The notes under the pieces are model-generated. The model saw only the letters and a list, made by a program, of their open reading frames with translations. It made no database searches and was not told the DNA's origin. From an uncultured Methanosarcinaceae archaeon (lineage in GTDB: Archaea > Halobacteriota > Methanosarcinia > Methanosarcinales > Methanosarcinaceae), in assembly GCA_963847185.1 (NCBI GenBank), contig CAWJYV010000008.1, forward strand, positions 832,001-896,000: a stretch of DNA of 64,000 nucleotides. Direction: 5' to 3'. The position numbers and the translations under genes were made by a program. Within the stretch, counting starts at the first letter, position 1. Every line of letters starts with the position of its first letter. Positions 47,841-57,873 of this stretch are shown here, piece after piece.

Positions 47841-49082
47841 TTGGGAACAATTAGCGAAAAAATTTTTTCACGCGCAGCGGGAAATAAGGCAATGGCAAAC
47901 GACTTTGTGCTGGCAGATGTAGATTATGCAATGGCACATGACGGTACGTCGGTGCTTGCAGTAAATGCTTTTAAGGAAATGGGAGTGGAAAAGGTCTGGG
48001 ATCCGTCGAGGATAGTAATTCCTTTCGATCACATAGCTCCTGCAAACAGTGAAACTTCAGCTATTCTTCAGAGGGAGATTAGAGAATGGATAAAGGATCA
48101 GGGAATTTCTAACTTTTATGAAGTTGGAGAAGGGATTTGCCATCAGGTGCTTCCTGAAAACGGGTTTGCCCTTCCTGGAAAACTTGTTGTAGGGGCTGAC
48201 TCGCATTCATGTACTTATGGAGCTTTCGGTGCATTTGCAACAGGGGTTGGGGCTACTGATATGGCTGAAATTTTCGCCACGGGCAAACTCTGGTTCAGAG
48301 TTCCGGAAAGTTTCAGTATGACTGTTGAAGGGAAGCTTGGAGAGGGAGTTTACGCAAAGGACTTGACGCTTTACCTTATCGGAAAAACCGGAATTGACGG
48401 CGCAACCTATAAAGCTGTAGAGTTTTACGGACAGACAATCCATGAACTTTCGGTTGCTGGCAGGATGACACTCTGCAATATGGCAATTGAGATGGGGGCA
48501 AAGTCCGGTATTGTCCCACCTGACAAGAAAACCTTCGATTTTTTGAAAAACAAAGCAGTTGCTCCTTATGAACCTGTTTATGCTGACTCTGATGCCGCAT
48601 ATGTAGAAGAATTCGCCTACTCTGCTGATGATATCGAGCCCCAGATAGCCTGTCCTCATCAGGTAGACAATGTAAAACCTGTAGGGGATGTTGAAGGGAC
48701 TCATATTGATCAGGTCTTTATCGGGACATGCACGAATGGTAGGCTTGAAGATCTTGAAGTAGCAGCCCAAATTCTGAAAGGAAAGAAAGTTGCTGTCAGG
48801 ACTATTGTGATTCCTGCATCCCGAACGACTCTTCTTGCAGCTATTGAAAACGGAACAATGGAAACTTTGTTAAAAGCGGGAGTAACCATTGCAACTCCTG
48901 GCTGCGGTCCATGTCTTGGTGCTCATCAGGGTGTACTTGGGGAAGGAGAAGTCTGCGTTTCAACCGCAAACAGAAATTTCAAAGGCAGGATGGGGAAAGG
49001 TGGCTTCATTTATCTCGCATCGCCTGCAACTGCAGCAGCTTCGGCTCTCAAGGGCGAAATTACTGACCCAAGGATAGTTTGA
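47841..49082 (+). CDS. Homoaconitase / 3-isopropylmalate dehydratase large subunit (LeuC/AksD family)
   Basis: [47 protein letters not shown]; TTG start after GGAGG; paralog identity not resolvable by eye. Confidence 0.9.
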   Translation: MGTISEKIFSRAAGNKAMANDFVLADVDYAMAHDGTSVLAVNAFKEMGVEKVWDPSRIVIPFDHIAPANSETSAILQREIREWIKDQGISNFYEVGEGICHQVLPENGFALPGKLVVGADSHSCTYGAFGAFATGVGATDMAEIFATGKLWFRVPESFSMTVEGKLGEGVYAKDLTLYLIGKTGIDGATYKAVEFYGQTIHELSVAGRMTLCNMAIEMGAKSGIVPPDKKTFDFLKNKAVAPYEPVYADSDAAYVEEFAYSADDIEPQIACPHQVDNVKPVGDVEGTHIDQVFIGTCTNGRLEDLEVAAQILKGKKVAVRTIVIPASRTTLLAAIENGTMETLLKAGVTIATPGCGPCLGAHQGVLGEGEVCVSTANRNFKGRMGKGGFIYLASPATAAASALKGEITDPRIV

Positions 49083-49302
49083 AGCCTGGATGTTTAGATC
49101 GAAGCGTTTAATCAGAGTTTTCCACAGGATAATTTAAAGCCTGATGTAAGACCTGCTTTTAAGCTAGTTTATCTAGCTCAATACTTTTTTCCATCTTCTT
49201 TCTATTCTTTTCTCTTTTTTATTTAACTTTATTAAATTCCTGTTTAAATCCAGCGAAATTTTATACCATGAATTGCATATATATTGACAGGAGGGAATAA
49301 CT

Positions 49303-49521
49303 ATAACTGAAGAGCTTAGTCATGAAAATCTTTCACATTTGATTGAACACTGGATAGAACATAATGAGAGCCATATTCAGAGCTTTAGGGAATGGGCACA
49401 GAAAGCCAAAAAAGACGGTTTTCTCGAAGCTGCTGAAGATATCCTTGAAGCCGCAAACAAAGTTGAGGAAGCAAATGAGCTTCTTAACAAGGCAAGAAAA
49501 GGGCTTTTTAGCGTCGACTAA
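49303..49521 (+). CDS. Small helical His-containing protein (HWIEHNESH motif)
   Basis: Coherent helical ORF; GGAGGG at 49290-49295 points to ATA 49303 as start (track uses TTG 49339). Confidence 0.7.
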   Translation: MTEELSHENLSHLIEHWIEHNESHIQSFREWAQKAKKDGFLEAAEDILEAANKVEEANELLNKARKGLFSVD

Positions 49522-49857
49522 ATAGTTATCTATAGTTATTATTTAAGACTTCTTTTACTCTCTGTGCCGGGCGATTTCCCGTCACTATCATTCTTTCTTT
49601 TTGCATACAAACCAAAATTCTGAATTCTTTCCTGGCAGGGATTCTTTTTCTTAAACTTTGGTTCTCTGTTAGTAACATAATATCTTACTTTTTTAATATA
49701 TTTTTTAACATATTTTCTAATATATTATTTTTTAAGATATTAATTTTTAGAATTCTTCCAGTATTTATTATCTGAATGGTTCAAAAAGAACTAAGGTGTA
49801 AGAAAAAGCTATTTCAAACCAGAAAATATAGAAGATCAGAAAATAGAAGATGAGATT

Positions 49858-50709
49858 TTAATAAAACTTTTCAATCTCATGCTTTACTCTTTCAATAAAA
49901 AACTCCTGTTTTACAAGAGGTTTTTCCTGAATTGCGGGAACTCTCTCTTCATACACATCTCTCTTGCTTTTATAAAATATGCCATTAGGAATTTTGTCCC
50001 CCCATTCCAGAGACTTTTCAAATGCTTTTATCTGGTTGTGAGGGTCATAGTCATCCTCGATCTTGTAAACTCTATCCCGGTACCACTTGAAAGTGTTTAT
50101 TTTGTTAAAGGTAACACAGGGTTGAAAGATATCAAGAAGAGCAAAGCCTTTGTGTGTTATTGCAGTTTTCATAAGCTCTTTCAGATACTCCTGATCTCCT
50201 GAAAATCCCCTGGCTACGAAGCTGCAGTTCAGGGAAATTGCCATGGCAAGAGGATTCATTGATTCCTGGAGCACACCGTAAGGCTGAATTGTTGTGTCGG
50301 TTCCCTTAGCTGTTGTAGGAGACGCCTGCCCTTTAGTCAGCCCGTACACCTGGTTATTATGTACGAACAGGGAAATATTCGGGTTCCTCCTAATTGCATG
50401 AATGAAGTGATTCCCCCCTTCCCCGTAACAGTCTCCATCTCCTGCGACTGCGATTACGTGCAGAGAATGATTGGCAAGTTTTGCAGCAGTCGCTACTGGA
50501 AGGGTCCTTCCGTGCAGTCCATTAAATGTATGGCATTTTATGTAATGGGGCAGTTTTCCAGCCTGTCCTATTCCCGAAACAACAAGGACTTCCCAGGGTT
50601 CAATGCCAAGCTCTATAAGTGCCTGCTTTATTGTTGAAAGAATCTGAAAATTTCCACATCCCGGACACCAGGCCGGAACCTGCCCTTCATACTCTTCAGA
50701 TGTAGGCAT
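49858..50709 (-). CDS. 2-oxoacid:ferredoxin oxidoreductase beta subunit (KorB-like)
   Basis: WCPGCGN, LHGR, GDGD..GEGGNH, NN.VYGLTKGQ.SPT, QPCVTF. Confidence 0.93.
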   Translation of the reverse strand: MPTSEEYEGQVPAWCPGCGNFQILSTIKQALIELGIEPWEVLVVSGIGQAGKLPHYIKCHTFNGLHGRTLPVATAAKLANHSLHVIAVAGDGDCYGEGGNHFIHAIRRNPNISLFVHNNQVYGLTKGQASPTTAKGTDTTIQPYGVLQESMNPLAMAISLNCSFVARGFSGDQEYLKELMKTAITHKGFALLDIFQPCVTFNKINTFKWYRDRVYKIEDDYDPHNQIKAFEKSLEWGDKIPNGIFYKSKRDVYEERVPAIQEKPLVKQEFFIERVKHEIEKFY

Positions 50710-52420
50710 GCAGGTCCTCCTTCAGTTTTTCTATTGTAAAAGGCCTCCCATCGTATTTAGTGATCTGGTGCGAAAACTCAAACCCTGTTTCTTCCCTCAT
50801 TAGTTTTGCAAATTGCCCACTGGCGTTGTTTTCTATACAGATGGTCAGGTCTGCGTTCTCGAGAGTCTCAATGTAATCAAACCTATCCCGCTCTGGGAAG
50901 GGGTATATCTGGCTGAAGTGCATCATAGCAGTTTTTTGATCTTTAGATATCATATCAACTACTTCTTTTATTACACCGTAAGTAGAACCATGCCCAACAA
51001 ATACGACCTCTGGAGACATGTTTCCATAAAGGGAGGGAGCTTCTATTTCTTTCTTTATAAGCGGCAGTTTTTTCAGAAGCCTTTTCTGGACCATTTTTAT
51101 ACGGGTTTCCCCGTCTTCTATAATATGCCCGTCTTCATCATGCTCATCACTATCAGCTACAACCAGATGCTTTCCAGACTCTCCGGGGATTGCAAGAAGT
51201 GAGATTCCTGTATCAGAGTATTTGTAACGCTTGTATACTTCTATGCCTTTAAGATCAGCTTCTCTCATGCGGTAATCATTGTAAATCAGGTTCTCCAGGT
51301 CAAAGCTTTCGTAAGTCCACTCGGATTCTGCAAGATACTGGTCAGATAGGATGAATACAGGGATTTGATATTTTTCAGCAAGCTCAAAAGCCCTGTTAGT
51401 TAAGTAAAAAGCCTGTTTCGGGGTCCCTGGTTCAAAGATTACTCGAGGAAACTCTCCATGTCCTGCATTAAGGACAAAAAGCAGATCTCCCTGTTCCGTG
51501 CGTGTAGGGAAACCCGTAGCTGGTCCAGGCCTCTGCATCTCTGCAATCACAATAGGGGTTTCGGTCATTCCTACCAGGGAAAGCCCTTCCACCATAAGGG
51601 AAAATCCTCCTCCGGACGTCCCTGTCATAGCCCTTACACCTGCAAAAGAGGCTCCTGCTGCCATATTAATAGCTGCAATTTCATCTTCAGCCTGCTCAAC
51701 AACCAGGTTATATTCTTCTGCTCTGGAAGCCAGATATTCCATGATTCCTGTGGAAGGTGACATGGGATACGCAGAATAAAACTTACATCCTGACATAATG
51801 GCTCCCATCCCGATTGCATGCAGTCCGGTTATAAGCATGAGCCTTTTGTCTTCAGGTTCACTGATTCCGAACGCTTCGCACTGAGGGCAGTTTGAACGGG
51901 CATAATTATATCCGGCCTCTGCACAGTCTATATTTTTCTGAATTATTTCTTCCCCTTTATCACTGAAAGTCAATCTCAAAGTGTCCTTAAAGGTTTCAAG
52001 CCCGAGATCAATTAATCCAAGCACTGCCCCGGTTGCTACGGTGTTTGCCATTACACTATTCTTTCCGACATCAAGGGCTATTCTTCTGAAAGGGATATCT
52101 ATGAATTCCGGTTCTTCAAACTTCTTTTTGGCAACTTCAGAATCATAAAGGATAAAACCGTTCTTCTTCACACTACCCTTGTGGACCTCTACGGTGTTCC
52201 GGTCAAGAGCTAGAAGAATATCAACCATCTCTCTGGAGGCAGATATTTTCTGGTCGGAAAAGCGGACCTGATAATAATTATGCCCGCCGCGGATCCTGGA
52301 CATGTAGTCCTGGTGCGTAAACACGTAAAACCCTGTTCGGGAAAAGATTTTTGCAAGGGCTCCTCCAATGGTCTGAAGTCCTTGCCCGGCCTCTCCCCCT
52401 ATTCGAAGCGTATAGTCCAG
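50696..52420 (-). CDS. 2-oxoacid:ferredoxin oxidoreductase alpha subunit (gamma-alpha fusion, KorA-like)
   Basis: IGGEAGQG (upstream of track start), SRIRGGHN, YPMSPS, QAEDEIAA, TSGGG, QRPGPATG.PTRTEQ; start extended to CTG 52420. Confidence 0.9.
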   Translation of the reverse strand: MDYTLRIGGEAGQGLQTIGGALAKIFSRTGFYVFTHQDYMSRIRGGHNYYQVRFSDQKISASREMVDILLALDRNTVEVHKGSVKKNGFILYDSEVAKKKFEEPEFIDIPFRRIALDVGKNSVMANTVATGAVLGLIDLGLETFKDTLRLTFSDKGEEIIQKNIDCAEAGYNYARSNCPQCEAFGISEPEDKRLMLITGLHAIGMGAIMSGCKFYSAYPMSPSTGIMEYLASRAEEYNLVVEQAEDEIAAINMAAGASFAGVRAMTGTSGGGFSLMVEGLSLVGMTETPIVIAEMQRPGPATGFPTRTEQGDLLFVLNAGHGEFPRVIFEPGTPKQAFYLTNRAFELAEKYQIPVFILSDQYLAESEWTYESFDLENLIYNDYRMREADLKGIEVYKRYKYSDTGISLLAIPGESGKHLVVADSDEHDEDGHIIEDGETRIKMVQKRLLKKLPLIKKEIEAPSLYGNMSPEVVFVGHGSTYGVIKEVVDMISKDQKTAMMHFSQIYPFPERDRFDYIETLENADLTICIENNASGQFAKLMREETGFEFSHQITKYDGRPFTIEKLKEDLHAYI

Positions 52421-52828
52421 AAACTCAACCCCATCAAATTTACTTTATTTGCCCTGAAAAGTATTATTATTAAGCTTTAAATAATCTTGGTTCTCGCCTT
52501 TCTGAGGGAGATTTGAACAGGAACAATGTCAGAAACAAGCAGTTAATTTATGAGTTAAAATAATGAAGAGTCTTCTCAAAAAGTAATCTTTTGTTCCTAA
52601 TAATTTTTTTCTAAACTCCGCTGAATTCCAGTGCTCTTAAATCTCATAAGACAAAAAAGAATATATTATATAAAACTGGAAATGCAGTTCCCTTCCTTGC
52701 TTTTGTATTGGTAAGGGAACTTCTTACTTTAAGGTAAAAATTATGTTTTTAATTTTTCAGTTCAAAAGTTATTGAATTGGGTTTTGCTTGTTACTGAGTT
52801 GGGTTTTACTTAGAAGTGTTCTCTGCCT

Positions 52829-54085
52829 TCAGAATTTTCCACGACCTAGCTGGGCATGGGCTCGGGCCAGATGTCCGGCAGCCTGAGCTCCTATCAGGGA
52901 AATTTCTCCTGCAAGCACAGCAGAAGCTACTATTTCTGCAAACTTTCGAGAATTTGTACCGGGAACATCTCCTGCTCCTGCGACTCCAAGAATGTTCAGA
53001 CAATCTCTCTGAGTTCCAAGGCCAGTACCTCCTCCTACGGTTCCCACCGGCAGAGCAGGCAGGGTAACTGAACAGTGAATTTCCTCATATTTTGTAAGCT
53101 CCATGCTCGTAATTGCAGTGCTGCCTTCTACAACATGAGCTACGTCCTGTCCACATGCAAGGTAGATGGCGGCGATAACATTTGCGGCATGGGCGTTGAA
53201 ACCGATGGCTCCAGCTCTTGCCGAGCCTAACAAGTTTTTGCTATAGTTTACCTCAAACATGGATTCAGGTGTGCATTTCAGAGTTTCCTTAACTATTTCT
53301 TTTGGGATGGTAACTTCAGCTACAACAGTTTTTCCTCTTCCAAGAATTGTGCTCATTGAAGCCGGTTTTTTGTCGGTACACATATTTCCTGAAATGGTGA
53401 GGGGGTGTGCTCCAAATTCATCTTCGATCAGGTGCAGTACTGCATCGGTAGCTATAGTTACCATGTTCATACCCATGGCATCCTTAGTATCGTATGAGAA
53501 TCTCAGGTATACATAAGTCCCTGTCACGAAGGGCTTTACAGAAAGCAACTTCCCAAATCGAGTGGTTTTTTCTGCAACAACTTTCATCTGCTCGAAAATT
53601 TCTGGACATTTCACCCATTCATAAAACTTTTTGGCCCGATCAAGGCTCTCAAGTTTAAAAACAGGCGCTCTGGTCATCTCATCTTCAAAAATCCTGACGT
53701 TTGCTCCTCCGGACCTGGTGATTGCCGAACAACCCCTATTTACGCTGGCGACAAGAGCTCCTTCAGTTGTAGCAAGCGGAACATAATATTCAGAATTTGC
53801 ATATTCTCCGTTTACCTTTAGAAGCCCGGCAACACCGAGAGGGACCTGAACTGCTCCAATCATATTTTCAATATTCTTCTTAGTTGCAGTTTCTACATCA
53901 AGGGAAAAGTTCTGGATATGCTCAAACTCGAGCTTTCCAAACTCCTGTATTGCCATTCTCCTAATTTTTACTGCCGTTAGCGGGTCTGTGAAGTCTTCTA
54001 TCTTTCGAAAAGCTACTTCTCCATTCAGAACTTTTTGCAAGACGAGTTTCTCTTCTTCATTTAATTCATAATCTTCTTGAAGCAT
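52829..54085 (-). CDS. hmgA: HMG-CoA reductase (NADPH, class I)
   Basis: ENMIG, PLATTEGALVAS, DAMGMNM, CTDKK, GQDVAH, GTVGGGT; ATG after CAGGTGA. Confidence 0.96.
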   Translation of the reverse strand: MLQEDYELNEEEKLVLQKVLNGEVAFRKIEDFTDPLTAVKIRRMAIQEFGKLEFEHIQNFSLDVETATKKNIENMIGAVQVPLGVAGLLKVNGEYANSEYYVPLATTEGALVASVNRGCSAITRSGGANVRIFEDEMTRAPVFKLESLDRAKKFYEWVKCPEIFEQMKVVAEKTTRFGKLLSVKPFVTGTYVYLRFSYDTKDAMGMNMVTIATDAVLHLIEDEFGAHPLTISGNMCTDKKPASMSTILGRGKTVVAEVTIPKEIVKETLKCTPESMFEVNYSKNLLGSARAGAIGFNAHAANVIAAIYLACGQDVAHVVEGSTAITSMELTKYEEIHCSVTLPALPVGTVGGGTGLGTQRDCLNILGVAGAGDVPGTNSRKFAEIVASAVLAGEISLIGAQAAGHLARAHAQLGRGKF

Positions 54086-54603
54086 GAAGTCACCTGCCAA
54101 ACTTTTATTTAATTACTAAAACCATTAACTCAAAGGCTGAAATATACAATGTTTATTAGAGATATCGTTCACGTAGCATCCATTTTTATGTTAGTTATGT
54201 GCATATTGGCATATAACCCATTCCTTGTTGTGATTTTCAGGTTATTTCGTATACTGTCAAAAATTAGCAGTAATATATAATAAAGCTTTGTCGGTTTTTG
54301 CATTCAGTCAGAAAAACACTTTGAATCTCGCTTTGTAAAATCTATTATTATCTAAATATTTTAAATTAAGATAACTTGAGCTGTTGAGTTAACATTAAAG
54401 GAACGAGTTTGGATTTATGTAAGTAAACTATAAAGTGACTTGAGAAAGGAAAGAACAGATCAAAGTCTGAAGGATATTCTTGAGAAGTTGATTCGAAGAC
54501 GGTTAAACTAAAGGATAAATTATATTTCCTAAGTTAAATACGAAAATTTATATTGTATGCTGGCTGGAAACTGGCATCTTCTTTTATTTTTTAAGTTTCC
54601 CGA

Positions 54604-54972
54604 TTAGAAATTAATAATTAACTGATTTTCTTCCGTATATGTCAAAAAAAGTTCGGCTACCTCTTTTGAGCAGATAAATTCGATTCCAGGAATCAATTCT
54701 TCTTTTTTAAGCCCTATCATATCTGAGGCAAGCTGACAGCATCGAAACTCTACTCCCATATCAATGCATTCCTGAACAGAAGCATCATACTTTGGGGATC
54801 CTCTTGTTTTATCTTTTTTTGCGAGCAGCACTCCCATAGGACCCCATAAAATAACCAGGACTTCGAGTCCTTTACTTCGATAGTACTTTGCAAACTTGAG
54901 AGTTTCCTGCGGGCTGGTGCTCTCGTACACCATATTTTTGAGTAGTAATAATACCTTTTCGACTTTTGTCAT
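54604..54972 (-). CDS. DsrE/DsrF-like protein
   Basis: Short alpha/beta protein with GV.L, GVEFRCC and EELIPGIE pattern. Confidence 0.75.
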   Translation of the reverse strand: MTKVEKVLLLLKNMVYESTSPQETLKFAKYYRSKGLEVLVILWGPMGVLLAKKDKTRGSPKYDASVQECIDMGVEFRCCQLASDMIGLKKEELIPGIEFICSKEVAELFLTYTEENQLIINF

Positions 54973-55317
54973 AAGAACCCCAGGTCTGAAAAATACATTT
55001 CTGAAACAGATTACCTGGATGTATATAAAGTTTCACATTTAAAATATATAATAATATGATTTCTTCCTCCCGGTTTATCTGTCTTACTTATTTTTCCTTT
55101 TTTCTCCCTAAATGTTTAAATCTTTTTGGTGTTTGATACATTTCAGGATTTCTTATCTTTTACATTTTAGCTGCCTTATCTTTTTGGAAATAGGACTTAA
55201 TAATTTTTTTCTTTTCTTTATGTGAAACTTTCAATCTGCACTATCAGTGAAAACTTTTATGTACTTAATATAATTATATATATAGTGTTTATATATTTCT
55301 TGGGAGAGTGGTGAAAT

Positions 55318-57336
55318 ATGGCTTCCATAGATTCTCATTTAGATGGGGGGGACCTGAAAGGTTCATCTCAAAATTCGATCGACAGTGGAACTTCAGAAGC
55401 AACTGATATAAGTTGGATACTTGATAATCTTCCTGTAACTGTGTTTAGAGTATCAGGTAAATCGTCCTGGGGTATGGATTACATAAGCAATGATGTTGAG
55501 AAATTAACAGGTTATTCTAAAATGAATTTCCTTAATCGAAAATTGTCATGGTTCGACATCATTCTTCCAGAAGATATTCCATTACACGAGGAAATTGTAA
55601 AGAAAGCAAAGAAAAACAAAACTCCTTATCAGGTTGATTATAGAATCAAAAAATCTAATGGTAGTATAATATTCGTCCAGGAGCAGGCTCAATTAATTTT
55701 CGATGAAGGGGGAAAACTGACTCATATTGAAGGAGTGTTTTTAGACGTAACTGCACACATAACACAAAATGAACAATCTATGAAGGTAATTGTAAACAGT
55801 ATACCTAAACCAGCATTTGCATATTTTGTAGATTCATCTAGAAAAATAAAATTCCTTAATGATTATTTTGCAGAAATATGTCACCTTAAAAGCATGGATG
55901 ATTTCGTTGGTCTATCGCCTGCAGATATCATAGAAAGTAGTACTCTTGTGCAGGGTAATAATAAAACTAAATCTGTTGCTGAAACAGTACTCGAAACCGG
56001 GCAAGGTGTTTATGATATCGAAGGATCTGTTAAACTCAAGGGTGCAGATAAAAGTTTATTTGTGGTATGTTCTTCAATGCCAATAAAAGATGAAAATAAT
56101 ATTATTCTAGGCAGCCTCACGATCCTAACCGATATGACCGAAATGAAAGAGAAAGAGCAAGAAATTCGGGAACTTTTAGATTACACTAACAGTTGTTTGA
56201 AAGAACTTGGGGAAGGGATCCTGCAAGTCAGTGAAGGTAACCTTAGTATTGCTCTTGAAAAAATCAAGGATGATGAATTTGGTAAGACTTTTGATGAGTT
56301 CAATACTCTTGTAATTAATCTTAGCTCGATTGTGAATGAAATATTGGAAGATATGACTCAAACTCTGGAAGAAGCTCAGCAGTCTGAAGAAGCTGTCAGC
56401 CAGATGAATACGGGCATGCAGCAGATTTCAACGGCTGCAGAACAAATCGCAACCGGTTCAGAGAACCTCTCAAGGCATGCGGGTACAGCGGCCTCAGAGG
56501 TAAAAGCTTCTCAGGAAATTTTCAGAAAACTTGATCAATCTTCAACCAGATCTGTCAATTATGCTTCCCAGGCAGATAAAGCCAGTCAAGAAACCCAGAA
56601 CCTTGGGGGTATGGCTCTTGAAGATCTGGGACACTTTGTTGCCGAGATTTCAAAACTCGGAAGTATTGTTCAGTCTCTGGATACCGCTGTTAATAATATC
56701 GGTGCTGTTACCGGCAAAATCAAATCAATCGCTGACCAGACAAACCTTCTTGCATTAAATGCGGCTATTGAAGCTGCACGAGCCGGAGAACACGGCCGGG
56801 GGTTTGCTGTTGTTGCCGATGAGGTCAGAAAACTTGCTGCAGACTCAAGGAAAAGCACTGACGACATCAATGAGATTGTTACAAATGTTCAGAAAGAAAC
56901 CAAAAAAGTTACCGAAGCGATTGACAGAGCCCAGGTTAGTGCTGATACCGGCAACAAGAACATTAAACAGGCTTTGAACAAAGCTAATGAGATTGCCAAT
57001 GCTGTCAATACTATCAATACCATGCTTTCTGACCTTAGTAAACTTGCAGAAGAGGGCCTTGAGAAAATTGAGAATATTGATAAGAGCATCAGTGAAGCTG
57101 CATCAACAGCTGAGGAAAACGCAGCCAGCAGCGAAGAAACCTCCGCAGCTATTGAGCAACAGACAGCTGCAATGCAGCAGGTAAGCAGTTCTGTACAGAG
57201 TGTTAATGGCCTTGCGCAGAAAACAGTCAACGTGCTACTGGAAAACTTTAAAGTTTCAAAAGAAGAGAAAAGAAATCAGAAATCCTCTCCAAAATCTCAA
57301 AATTCTGATAGAAGAGGAAATTCAAGAAGACACTGA
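55318..57336 (+). CDS. Soluble methyl-accepting chemotaxis protein 1 (PAS-PAS-HAMP-MA)
   Basis: No TM; two PAS/PAC repeats; [37 protein letters not shown]. Confidence 0.93.
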   Translation: MASIDSHLDGGDLKGSSQNSIDSGTSEATDISWILDNLPVTVFRVSGKSSWGMDYISNDVEKLTGYSKMNFLNRKLSWFDIILPEDIPLHEEIVKKAKKNKTPYQVDYRIKKSNGSIIFVQEQAQLIFDEGGKLTHIEGVFLDVTAHITQNEQSMKVIVNSIPKPAFAYFVDSSRKIKFLNDYFAEICHLKSMDDFVGLSPADIIESSTLVQGNNKTKSVAETVLETGQGVYDIEGSVKLKGADKSLFVVCSSMPIKDENNIILGSLTILTDMTEMKEKEQEIRELLDYTNSCLKELGEGILQVSEGNLSIALEKIKDDEFGKTFDEFNTLVINLSSIVNEILEDMTQTLEEAQQSEEAVSQMNTGMQQISTAAEQIATGSENLSRHAGTAASEVKASQEIFRKLDQSSTRSVNYASQADKASQETQNLGGMALEDLGHFVAEISKLGSIVQSLDTAVNNIGAVTGKIKSIADQTNLLALNAAIEAARAGEHGRGFAVVADEVRKLAADSRKSTDDINEIVTNVQKETKKVTEAIDRAQVSADTGNKNIKQALNKANEIANAVNTINTMLSDLSKLAEEGLEKIENIDKSISEAASTAEENAASSEETSAAIEQQTAAMQQVSSSVQSVNGLAQKTVNVLLENFKVSKEEKRNQKSSPKSQNSDRRGNSRRH

Positions 57337-57363
57337 ACGCCTGATTCGGAAATGTTATTCTCA

Positions 57364-57402
57364 AGGGCTAACTGAGTAAAGAACAACTCTATTAGCCTTT
57401 TT
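57364..57402 (+). terminator. Hairpin plus T-run after MCP1
   Basis: AGGGCTAA...TTAGCCTTTTT; related sequences follow MCP2 and MCP3. Confidence 0.55.
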
Positions 57403-57423
57403 CTGTTTTCCAGTTCAATCTCG

Positions 57424-57537
57424 GGTAATGGGCACGAGTTATTGAAAAACGTAAGCATAATACTCTTTCTACATTTCTCTCAAATATGGGTATGTACTCG
57501 CTTTTTAGTAATTGATCAATAAATCACGGGCACGACC
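57424..57537. mobile_element. MITE-like ~114 bp element (copy 2, inverted relative to copy 1)
   Basis: Shares GAGTTATTGAAAA..TAAGCATAA and ATGTACTCGCTTTTT..TTGATCAATAA..ACGGGCACGACC with reverse complement of 3470-3587. Confidence 0.6.
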
Positions 57538-57873
57538 CCATAATCTTTTCATTACAAAAAAACTGTTCTTGTATTCCCATACCCTCCATGCTTATCCTCC
57601 ATGCTTATATAACTTCAAGTGATTTAAATAAACTTTTTTCGCCTGGAAGTGTAACTATTTTTTAACAATTTTATTCTTTAGTGAGTCTTCATAATATTGC
57701 GGTCTTTGTGAATTCTTACTTTATATGCTTTTTTGTTAAATGGTAAATAATTCATCTGGATTTGATTAAATTTAGGATTGATAGAGTATTTCTCGTAGTC
57801 ACCTATAAATTTAAATACATTATATAATTATTATTATAGTTAATATATAATGTCATTAGGAGATTGGTGAAAT

